Shown piece by piece: positions 11,820 through 22,174 of a DNA stretch of 64,000 bases. The stretch comes from Plasmodiophora brassicae. Taxonomy: Eukaryota. Position 1 is the stretch's first letter. The number at the start of each line of letters is the position of its first letter. Below the pieces are notes generated by a model, which did not search any database, had not been told where the DNA came from, and saw only the letters and a program-made list of their open reading frames with translations. The position numbers and the translations under genes are program-made. The DNA lies in NCBI GenBank assembly GCA_036867785.1, contig CP145416.1, positions 310,001 through 374,000 of the forward strand. Direction: 5' to 3'.

Positions 11820-11918
11820 CACGCTCCTTGCACGGGGGTCTCGCTCGGTCGTGTTGACAGATGCTGCCCCATCGGCACTCCTTGCACTGGGGGTCTCTGT
11901 CGGAGGTGCGGACAGATG
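11820..11918 (-). pseudogene. Frameshifted remnant of the CxH-CxxC repeat domain
   Basis: Reads ICPHLRQRP(+1 C in a C-run)QCKECRWGSICQHDRARPPCKER, the same repeat type as 9420-9690. Confidence 0.6.
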
Positions 11919-12180
11919 TCAGTGCATGGTCAGGTACGTCGAGTTGCGCCACGACCAGGGCGTCATTTACCCGCATGCAATTAATACAGCCGCTTAGGTT
12001 GCCGGCGAATACATGGCCACGCCTACCTACCAGACCGCAGTGGACGTCGACATGACGTCACGGCCGTGGCGTCACACTTTGCTCCAGTTGCAGGTGTGGT
12101 CGTTGAAAATCCAGTCAGACCTTATCTGGGAGCACATACGAACGTAGCGAGTCGTGCCCATCTCGAACTCACCTAATACC

Positions 12181-13395
12181 ATGACGGTACGTGCTGTCAT
12201 CGTTGCCGTTACCATCGCCGCCCTCGTTGGCGTAGGTGTACCAATGCAAACGTCGTTCACGTTTGACGGTATTCGGTACACGTTCTACCCTGGTGAACAG
12301 GCGCGCACCTGGGCCGAGGCCAAACTGTACTGCCAGTCGCAAGGCAAGACCCTCGCCGTGTTCGAGAACCGTGGTCAGATCCTGAACGTGTCCGAGTACC
12401 TTTCCGAGGACGGTGGTGTCTGGACCGCCTACCAGACCGACAAATCCGGCCAGTTCGAGGTTGCCATCCCCGACATGCCGCCGTGGAAGAAAACGTTCGG
12501 CCTGGCGAACGCACCAGACGCCGACCCATCCCAGTGTGGGCTGTTAAGCGTTGCCGGCAACGTCACTGGTATCCGCCCCGCCGATTGCCACACCAAGAAG
12601 GCGGCCCTGTGCGCGCTCGTCGACCCCGTCGCCGTTCGCGCCGAGGGCATCCGCGATGGTGATATCCCTGTGCCCGATTTTATCTCCAGCAGCAACCCGA
12701 ACGCCAAGCAGACCCCGCCGGAACAGCCGTCACGCGCCCCTGTCGTGCCGCCCAAGTCGGTGATACCACCGTCGAGGTCGTCCGCCTCCGGCTCCCCATC
12801 GTCGTCGTCGTCGACGTCGTCGTCGGGTCCCAAACCGAAGAAGGCGGTACCAAGTCAAGGCAAGTCGCCTAGCGGGTCAAAGCCGACGGCGTTGTCCTCG
12901 TCCAGTAGCCGCAGTGGATCGTCGTCGTCGTCTTCGTCATCGTCATCGTCGTCGTCGTCGTCGTCTGCGGCGCCATCAGACGACAAGTCGAAATCGAAAG
13001 ATCCGATCGAGGTGACCGTGCAGGGCACGCGATTCGTGTTCTTCCCGAACGCCGTCCTGTTCGGCGGGTGGACCGAAGCGTCCCGCGTCTGCGAGGGCCA
13101 TGGCATGCAGGCGGCCGTGTTCAAATCGCGATCGCAGATGGAGAAGGTCGTCGACGCCACGACAAAGGGCAGCGTCCCGGTTTGGACTGGGTACTCGTCA
13201 GACGGCATGGGCGCGATGCACTCGATAGACGAGCGTCGGGGCCCGTGGTCCGATGACATGGCGACGGCGACCAGCCTGCCCAAGCAGGCGTTCATGTGCG
13301 GCCTGCTGGGTATCGGTGCGGCCGACAAACGCCCTGGGATCTCCCAGGTGCCGTGCTCCTCCCCGCGCATGGCGCTCTGCTCATCCCGAAACTAA
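12181..13395 (+). CDS. Secreted protein with two C-type-lectin-like domains and a Ser/Pro-rich linker, intronless
   Basis: Hydrophobic N-terminus. Two copies of the pattern TWAEAKLYC..GKTLAVF..VWT..C..C..ALC and GWTEASRVC..GMQAAVF..VWTG..C..C..ALC, separated by poly-Ser. Confidence 0.8.
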   Translation: MTVRAVIVAVTIAALVGVGVPMQTSFTFDGIRYTFYPGEQARTWAEAKLYCQSQGKTLAVFENRGQILNVSEYLSEDGGVWTAYQTDKSGQFEVAIPDMPPWKKTFGLANAPDADPSQCGLLSVAGNVTGIRPADCHTKKAALCALVDPVAVRAEGIRDGDIPVPDFISSSNPNAKQTPPEQPSRAPVVPPKSVIPPSRSSASGSPSSSSSTSSSGPKPKKAVPSQGKSPSGSKPTALSSSSSRSGSSSSSSSSSSSSSSSSAAPSDDKSKSKDPIEVTVQGTRFVFFPNAVLFGGWTEASRVCEGHGMQAAVFKSRSQMEKVVDATTKGSVPVWTGYSSDGMGAMHSIDERRGPWSDDMATATSLPKQAFMCGLLGIGAADKRPGISQVPCSSPRMALCSSRN

Positions 13396-13449
13396 CACGA
13401 CACACAGCATTGTCGCGCAAGATCATAACGCTTCGTATAGTGCTAATAG

Positions 13450-13890
13450 TTAAGCCAGGCCAAGATCCTCGACGATCTGCTTCCTGATGAGGTCGAGTCG
13501 TGCGGCCTCGTCGGCGGCGGTGACGTCGCGGTGGCCGAAGGTGGCATGGTCGATTTGGATGCGAATGCGGGTGCAGAGCCAGCAGATGGCATAGAGGGCC
13601 GTCACGAGGACGCTGGTGGCGACCGCGCCAACGATGCCGGCAATGACGCCGCCGATCACGTTGGCCTCCAGGTCGCTGGTGTAGCGAACGGCGAGGAATA
13701 TGGCGAGGAACACGGCAATCCATAGAAGGGCGACGCCGGTCCAGGCGACGCGTCTCCATCTGGGGTCCTCGTCGTCCACTTCCTGTATTGCGCATCGACT
13801 TATACGCCGGGCCCCGTCAGCGTCGTGCCCGTCCAGGCGAATGATGACAGACGAATGGCGACGGCCGCTGTTATTCGACCGTGACATGCA
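13450..13890 (-). CDS. Small two-TM membrane protein; start uncertain
   Basis: Hydrophobic segments VAWTGVALLWIAVFLAIFLAV and VIGGVIAGIVGAVATSVLVTALYAICWLC with coding-like codon usage. Confidence 0.55.
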   Translation of the reverse strand, partial: CMSRSNNSGRRHSSVIIRLDGHDADGARRISRCAIQEVDDEDPRWRRVAWTGVALLWIAVFLAIFLAVRYTSDLEANVIGGVIAGIVGAVATSVLVTALYAICWLCTRIRIQIDHATFGHRDVTAADEAARLDLIRKQIVEDLGLA

Positions 13891-14454
13891 GCAGGACAGG
13901 TCCAGCGACCGTCGTCGCGCCTCGACAGGGGACGCAGCGCCCCGCTGCTGCGGTCGCTTCGACCGACTACAGGCCATTCGCCCGATGAGAATAATAAAAG
14001 GGAACCGCAGAGCCTATACGTCGACGGCCGGACGACGATGTACACACGAATCAATAATACGTTATGCTGACCTACCGCAGACAGCGACCGCTGCGTCACC
14101 GACGCCTCGCCCATTGACAGCAGCCGGTTGACTCACGCCCGGCCACTGGACGGATGGCGCCCAGCTGCTCCAAGCCATCGGAACGATCGGGTCACCGCAG
14201 AGGCGGGCAAATGCGGTGTGGTTCGAACCATGTGGCGGCGCGCGGCGCCATTTCGATCCCGATAACTCGAGGCGTGCCGACGTCACATCGTCTGGTCCTC
14301 CGGCGACGGTCGCCCCGTCTCAAACGCCCGCCATGCCTAAACATAGGCGCGACTGGGGCAGTCCGAAAATAGACTGCGGGGATTCGGTTGAGACCCAGCT
14401 TCCGTCCGACCCGGCGTCGTCGTTCCCTGTGACAAACTATTGTATATCGGTGCG

Positions 14455-17331
14455 ATGGGCGCCGCCGCGTTCCTCGCCGTTGTCGCCCTCGCGGCGACTA
14501 CGAGCGTCGTCCTGGTGGTCGACAGCGCTCTGCTGAAATCGTGCGGCGGCGCGATGCTGACGTGCCAGAACGGCGGCACGATCCGGGACAGCGACTGCCA
14601 CGGGCGCATGCGCCAGTGCCCGGACGCGTTCACGCGCATGACGACCTGCGCGTGCCCGCCCGGGTACACGGGCCCCGAGTGCCAGTTCAGCACGCAGGAG
14701 CGTACGTGCCCGCGCGCCCAGTCCTTCTCCAAGTACGGCGTCAACCACGCCGGGCCCGCCTTCCTCCACTGCGACCTGTACAAGACGGCCATGCTGTACA
14801 CGACGCCGCTCCGTCTGCGAGACGTTCGCATCGCGCTGAAGTTCGACCTGCCGTCCAGGACGGCAACGCTGGCCATGACGGCGCGGTCCATGTCGCCGAT
14901 GGGCAAGTCCTGTTCGGCGTCGTTGCGCCTGCTCGACTGCCAGTTCAGCGAGTGCGTCGAGCAGGTCAGCCCGCGCGGCCCAGGCTTCCGCCGCGTGTCC
15001 TGCGCCGTCAAGGCGTGCCGGTCGTGCCAGGAGGAGACCGGGCAGACGAAACGCGACTGCCCGTCGCCGATGCACGGCGTCTCCATGTTCACGTCGTCGG
15101 CGAAACCGTTCGACGTCGACGTCGAGTACAAGCCATTCCAGTTCGACACGCACGTCATGCTGGCGATCCCGTTGATGACCGTCCCGTTGCATGGCGCGTG
15201 CCGCACTGGCCTCTGCACGCCGGACGCGCCCGTCCCCGTCGTCCCCGTCGTCAGCACCGATTCGTCGACGCGGGAACCGACACGTAGCGTCCTGTTCACC
15301 ACGCTGTTCAGCATCGGGTCCGCGTGCGCCCTGATCACGATCGTCATCCTGTGCGTGTTCACGGCGCGCGCCATCGTGCGCCTGCGCCACCCGGTGACGT
15401 CCGGCGCGGTGCGCGCCACGGGCCTGGCCAGCGCGCCGGCCCGGTCCGCGCACTGGTCGTCGCCCATCGCCCTGTCCTGGTCCGGCCTGTCCGTGCGCGT
15501 CCGCCCCACGCGCCTGCAGCGCTGCCTGTCGCGGGGCGCGGCCTCCGCCCCCAAAACGCTGCTGCGCCCGTGCAGCGGGTCGGCCCGGGTCGGCACGCTG
15601 ACCGCCATCATCGGCCCGTCCGGCAGCGGCAAGTCGACGCTGCTGGAGCGCCTGGCGCACCCGGACGGGTCGGTCGTGCGCCTCGAGACGCGCGGGCCGG
15701 CGCGGCACGCCGACCCGCGCGCCCTGCTGTCGTACCAGGTGCAGACGGATCGGTCGGCGCTGCCCGAGCAGACCGTCTGGGAGGCGGTCCAGTTCAGCGC
15801 GCGGACGCGCCTGGCCAGGGGCGCCGCCGACCCGGAGATCGACGCTGCCGTCGCGCTGGCCCTGGCCGACGCCTCGCTGATGCACTGCGCCGACAAGCGG
15901 ATCGGGCGGGTCGGCGGCGCCGGCCTGTCCGGCGGGGAACGCCGACGCCTGGCGCTGGCCCAGGAGCTGGTCGCCGATCGGCGCCTGGTCCTGCTTGATG
16001 AGTGCACGACCGGGCAGCACTCGGCGGCCGCCACCGACCTGGTCCGCGTCCTGCGACGCCGGGCGACCGACACGCAGACGACCGTCGTCGTTGTGATCCA
16101 CACGCCGCCCGCCGACACGTTCGCCCTGTTCGACCAGGTGATCGTCATGGGGCGTGGCGGGCGTTCCCTGTTCCAGGGTGCTCCCGGCGACGCCGTCCGG
16201 TACTTCGAGCACGGCGACCGCCTGTTCGAGCCGGGCGAGAACCCGTGGGAGTTCATCATCAGCCAGGTGAACGCCCGCGACGCTGACCTGCCGCCGTGGC
16301 GGGACGAGACGTCGTCCGCGATCGACGCGGACGACGCTGACGACGGTCAACCGACCCAGCAGCCGATGGGCATCTCGACGTACCGTCAGATCCAGCTCCT
16401 GTGCGACCGGTCGTTCCAGTCGGCGGCGCGAGCGCCCCGCCTGCTGATCGGGTACAACGTCATGATGATGCTGGGCGGCGTCATCGGCGGCCTCGTCTTC
16501 ATGAACGTCGGCGCCGACCTGCACGGCGCCCTGGACCGGTTCGGGTACATCGCCGTCACGCTCATGTTCTCGTCGCTGGTCACCATGTCGAACGTCGACA
16601 TCCTGATCGAGCAGCGCGACGTCCAGCAACGCGAGCGCCTGTCGGGCAGCTACTCGGCGTTCGCCCAGTTCATGTCGATCCTGATCGTCGACCTGGTCCC
16701 GTTCCGGGTCATGCCCGCCCTGCTGTACACGGCGACGTCGTACGCCCTGGTCGGGTTCCAGCTGTCGTTCCAGAAGGTGTTCTGGTTCGCCAGCGTCCTG
16801 ATCCTGCACAAGCTCGCGTCGGGCGCCATGACGCTGTTCCTGTCCGGCGCCTGCCGCGACGTGCGCATGGCGAACTTCGCCGGCGTCCTGATCAACATCT
16901 GGTCGGTCGTGTTCGGCGTCCTGGTGTCGCACCGGGACGATGGCATGTCGGTCCTGTCGACGATCGCCTCGCACCTGACCTACTACCGGTACGCGGCGCA
17001 CGGCTTGTACAGGAACGAGATGCTGGGCCTGGCGTTCCAGGTCGAGCAGCCCGTCTCCATGCAGGCGGACGGGACCATGTTCCTGGCCATGCGGGGCATT
17101 GCCAATGGGCCCTACAGCCTCGTGCAGGACATGTGCGCCCTGATCGCCTTCATCCTGGCCTGGTTGTTCCTGGCGTTCCTGGCGCTCAACGAGGGCATGC
17201 TGAAACGGGGCATCGCTGCCTGCTGCGACATGGCCGCCGATGACGGCGACCAGCAGCAGCCGGCGTTGCTGAGCGGCACCCAGGGCGACACCGACGAGCA
17301 TAAGGCGGCGCCGCCTCCTAACGAATCATAA
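14455..17331 (+). CDS. ABCG half-transporter with signal peptide and EGF-like extracellular N-terminus (ADP1-like), intronless
   Basis: CQNGG...CACPPGYTGPEC EGF-like domain, then a TM, Walker A GPSGSGKS, signature LSGGERRR, Walker B LVLLDE, H-loop IH, and an ABC2 membrane domain. Confidence 0.9.
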   Translation: MGAAAFLAVVALAATTSVVLVVDSALLKSCGGAMLTCQNGGTIRDSDCHGRMRQCPDAFTRMTTCACPPGYTGPECQFSTQERTCPRAQSFSKYGVNHAGPAFLHCDLYKTAMLYTTPLRLRDVRIALKFDLPSRTATLAMTARSMSPMGKSCSASLRLLDCQFSECVEQVSPRGPGFRRVSCAVKACRSCQEETGQTKRDCPSPMHGVSMFTSSAKPFDVDVEYKPFQFDTHVMLAIPLMTVPLHGACRTGLCTPDAPVPVVPVVSTDSSTREPTRSVLFTTLFSIGSACALITIVILCVFTARAIVRLRHPVTSGAVRATGLASAPARSAHWSSPIALSWSGLSVRVRPTRLQRCLSRGAASAPKTLLRPCSGSARVGTLTAIIGPSGSGKSTLLERLAHPDGSVVRLETRGPARHADPRALLSYQVQTDRSALPEQTVWEAVQFSARTRLARGAADPEIDAAVALALADASLMHCADKRIGRVGGAGLSGGERRRLALAQELVADRRLVLLDECTTGQHSAAATDLVRVLRRRATDTQTTVVVVIHTPPADTFALFDQVIVMGRGGRSLFQGAPGDAVRYFEHGDRLFEPGENPWEFIISQVNARDADLPPWRDETSSAIDADDADDGQPTQQPMGISTYRQIQLLCDRSFQSAARAPRLLIGYNVMMMLGGVIGGLVFMNVGADLHGALDRFGYIAVTLMFSSLVTMSNVDILIEQRDVQQRERLSGSYSAFAQFMSILIVDLVPFRVMPALLYTATSYALVGFQLSFQKVFWFASVLILHKLASGAMTLFLSGACRDVRMANFAGVLINIWSVVFGVLVSHRDDGMSVLSTIASHLTYYRYAAHGLYRNEMLGLAFQVEQPVSMQADGTMFLAMRGIANGPYSLVQDMCALIAFILAWLFLAFLALNEGMLKRGIAACCDMAADDGDQQQPALLSGTQGDTDEHKAAPPPNES

Positions 17332-17445
17332 TACACACCGGCTGCTGGACCGAACGCAGGTTGCGACCTACGAGGACGGTTGCGACCAGATGAAACGCCG
17401 GACGAAAATACGTTGTTGTGACAATGCTGACGCCGATTCGCCGCT

Positions 17446-18882
<1,437 letters not shown>

Positions 18883-19257
18883 TCATCGTCGGCAACCGCT
18901 CCGTGGCATCTGAAGAGCGCGGTCACATGGCGATGTTCGTTCCACTACAATGCGTGTATTCATGTCTGGGACATGAACAGCCTTGGCGCTCGAACGACGA
19001 CACTTTGGCAGCGGGAGCCTTCCATGCATTGCCATGAGATACCGGGCTCTCCCACCGCCCTTGCTGATCGAAGTACGTCGCAGTGAAGCATATGTCGCCG
19101 GAACGATAATAGGCTGGCCTGGTGATAGAGTTTTCTAGACACGCCTCCTTATGACGTGAAGGTCAGCGTACAGGGGGCAATGGAACTCTACAGATGAAAC
19201 GGAGTGGTACCCCAATAGGTTTGGGATCCGGTGCTGTCAACAAACTCAGACGACGTG

Positions 19258-20316
19258 ATGTCCGCACGGACTGCGGCGGCGTCGCGCGTCGGGCGACCCC
19301 GACGATCGGCGCGACCCGGTGGCCCGCGCCGCCTGTTCGTAGCGCCGATCCCCGATCGTGTAGGCTGGGCGAAGTTGGAGCGGGACATTCGGTCGGTGTT
19401 TGGCCGGTTTGGGACGATCGCCCGCGTTGTCGTGCACAAACGGTTTGCGTTCGTGGCGTTCGACCGTGGTGAATCGGCACAAGCGGCCATCGACGAGCTG
19501 CATGGGACGTACCTGTTCGGGCAGCTGCGTCGGTCGACCGTGGAGCTGGCCGGCAATCGGGCCCGCGAGGGAAGCGACAGATCGTGTGACGAACGGGAGG
19601 TCTGGGTGACGCCGATGCCGGAACACCGCCCAGAAGAGACCATCATTGCAGACCTGCACGATACGTTTGGAGCGTATGGCACCGTTGAGCAGATTCGGCT
19701 CAGGCATCGTTGCGCAATCATTCGCTTTAGGGATGCCTGCGGTGCACGGGCAGCCCGGTATGCGCTCGATGGATGGATGTACATCGGGCGCCGGGTCAGG
19801 GTCGACCTAACGTCCAGCGAGGGTCGTGTTGGGTCGGAATCGTCCTCGTCCCTACCGGGCTTGATCATCGACAGCGATGATGACGATGACGACGAGGATA
19901 CCGACACTGACGCACGACGTCTGTCGGAGGGATTCTCCAGGCTGCACCACGCTGACCTACCGCGCTCGGATTCATCGGAATGCCCAGAGCGATTCGGGAC
20001 GGACGTTCCTCGTGGACATCGCAATCCGCTGTCGCGGGCATCGCCTGAGGTCCAACCGACCGCGCTGGAGGCGTTACCTGAGGCGCGACCGGCACCGCCC
20101 CGGAGGACAGAGCTCGAGTTTGTCGACGCGCAAGTCGACGCGTTCCTGAGCAGGTCTGGGTTCAGCGACTGGATCGACGTGTTCCGCAAAGAAGAAATCG
20201 ACATCGACTCGCTGTACGAACTCACCGACGACAGCCTGAAGGTGTTGGGTTTCAGCAAGATGGGCCAGCGATTGCGGTTCCAGCGACTAGCTCGTAGGCA
20301 TCTAGACGGGGCTTAA
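19258..20316 (+). CDS. RNA-binding protein with two RRMs and a C-terminal SAM domain, intronless
   Basis: RRM1 LFVAPI...FGRFGTI...KRFAFVAF. RRM2 VWVTPM...FGAYGTV...CAIIRF. SAM VDAFLSRSGFSDWIDVFRKEEIDIDSLYELTDDSLKVLGFSKMGQRLRF. Confidence 0.82.
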   Translation: MSARTAAASRVGRPRRSARPGGPRRLFVAPIPDRVGWAKLERDIRSVFGRFGTIARVVVHKRFAFVAFDRGESAQAAIDELHGTYLFGQLRRSTVELAGNRAREGSDRSCDEREVWVTPMPEHRPEETIIADLHDTFGAYGTVEQIRLRHRCAIIRFRDACGARAARYALDGWMYIGRRVRVDLTSSEGRVGSESSSSLPGLIIDSDDDDDDEDTDTDARRLSEGFSRLHHADLPRSDSSECPERFGTDVPRGHRNPLSRASPEVQPTALEALPEARPAPPRRTELEFVDAQVDAFLSRSGFSDWIDVFRKEEIDIDSLYELTDDSLKVLGFSKMGQRLRFQRLARRHLDGA

Positions 20317-20366
20317 TCTGGTAAACGACGGAAGCGGCAATGTCGCATGCTGTGTTGTGTATCGGC

Positions 20367-21803
20367 CTATGTACACGACTTCGACATTGTGCGAACGCGC
20401 GACGCGATCCTGTCGATCTCGGCGATCATGGCAGCCTGCTTCGGATGAATGGCCCGTGTCAGTGCGGAAAATCGGTCCAGAATGTCGGCCATTGCTGTCA
20501 GCGGGTACGCCTGCCTAACGACTCGGCCATGCCTCTCGCTCAGAAGGCCAATAAGAAGGCAGACGTATCCGGACAGGGTCCTCAACTGCCACAGTACGTG
20601 TCAGCAGACGCTGATAACGGATGTGCACACCACACAGGGATTACGTGGATCGTGAGGTCATCGAGATCAACCTCGTCACCAGCGCGTTCTACCCACGACG
20701 GCCGTGTCAGCTCGAAGGTCAACTGGACAACTGGCGCCTGTATAACAAGGTCCTGCGCCAATTCGTCAGCGCGATCGTTCAGCCTGTGGCGGGAGCGCTA
20801 CTACCTGCGATTCATCGTGGACTTCAGCACAGTTAATCAGCAGCGCGAACGCGCACGTCATCAGGTCGCAGATCGCGCTTGACGGGTTGTGATCGAGTTC
20901 GGGCGCCGCAACCCGGATGACGTCCAGGCACGCATCAATACCGCCTCGCGAATGGAAGACATCTGCACAGGCCGGGCACCCGTTCGTCACGTTGGTGACC
21001 AGGCGCAGCGCGGCACAGACCGACAGATGCAGGTCGCCGTCCGCGTCATCGAGCCAGACGCGGGTGTCCAGTGCACGTTGCACCCATTCCACAGCAAGCT
21101 CTATGCCACGCGTGCAGCACTGTGCTTGCCGATACCCAGTGCAATTCTCCACGACGCACAGCAGGCGGTGCAACCTCGCCGCTCGCCATCCGACATTCCG
21201 GGCCATTCGACAGTCCCTGTCAATGGCGTCCATCACGACGTCGATCAAGTCCTTCGGTCTTAACTGGGCCGCACAAGTTCCATCCAACGTTGCCAACGAC
21301 AACGCCATCGCCATCGTCACAGACGGTAACCGTTGCGACAGCGCAGCATTTGACGCCACGACCGTTGAGGCCTTGCTCATCTCCACTCGTCGACGTCTTC
21401 GCCGATGACCACCTTCCACGACGCGTGCCTCCGATGTCGCTGCCGTCAATGCCGATGGCGTACTGTCGTCGTCACAGGCCACGACCGCAACGAAGGTGCG
21501 GAAATGGTCCTTCGTGCACGCATGCAGGTTCGCAGGGTGCTGCGTCGCGGCAACGAGAACGAGTTCCGCCAGGTACCGATGCGCATCGGGGCCGGCACGT
21601 TGCAGCGCGCCGATCGCGTCCGGGATTGCCATGCGCGATCGCAGGTGCAGCCAGGCGTCCGGCGACGACAGGGCGGCGCACATGCCGACCAGGCCGGCGG
21701 CGGACGCTCGCCAACCCGACGAGCCGGGCGCCGCCGCCGCCAACCCCGACATGTGATACAAGATGTCGTCGTCCAGGGCCGCCCACGACGACGACGACGC
21801 CAT
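20367..21803 (-). CDS. WAPL: Wings apart-like (WAPL) cohesin release factor, multi-exon
   Basis: LDDDILYHMSGL...RASAAGL, LLCVVENCT, LRLVTNVTNG and AFALLINCAE match the WAPL helical domain pattern. Confidence 0.65.
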
Positions 21804-21904
21804 GCGGAACGACTGTCCCGCACTGCCGTCTCCGGCCGACCGCCACACGCCCACTGGGCACTGAAGGGGACTACTCGCCCCTGGACTGACGTGTCTAACA
21901 ATAG

Positions 21905-22029
21905 GACGCCGCCGGGACTGCAGACTGCAGACGCCGCCGGGACTGCAGACTGCAGACGCCGCCGGGACTGCAGACTGCAGACGCCGCCGGGACTGCAGAC
22001 TGCAGACGCCGCCGGGACTGCAGACTGCA
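21905..22029. repeat. Perfect 25-bp minisatellite, 5 copies (GACGCCGCCGGGACTGCAGACTGCA)
   Basis: Direct read: five identical contiguous units between divergent genes. Confidence 0.97.
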
Positions 22030-22174
22030 GTCGCCGGTCGACTCGCAGCCGCGGATCGTATTCTTTACACCATTTGTCGACTGCAATTTTGGGGGGAGGG
22101 GAACGCGCCTCGAATGTGGTTGGGGATGCGCTTCACAGTGGCCAGGTTGAGCGTTTGCGCCCGGGGGACGCGCG

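Noticed and set aside
12918-12966. TCG microsatellite (also ACG runs near 43200 and 58460)
   Set aside because: Ordinary low-complexity tracts encoding poly-Ser/Thr or lying in UTRs.
14437-17301. 954-aa antisense ORF mirroring the ABCG gene
   Set aside because: It is codon-aligned with a very GC3-rich sense gene, which removes antisense stops. The peptide has no recognisable motifs.
21905-22029. Possible CRISPR array
   Set aside because: Units are contiguous with no spacers, there are no cas genes, and the context is eukaryotic.
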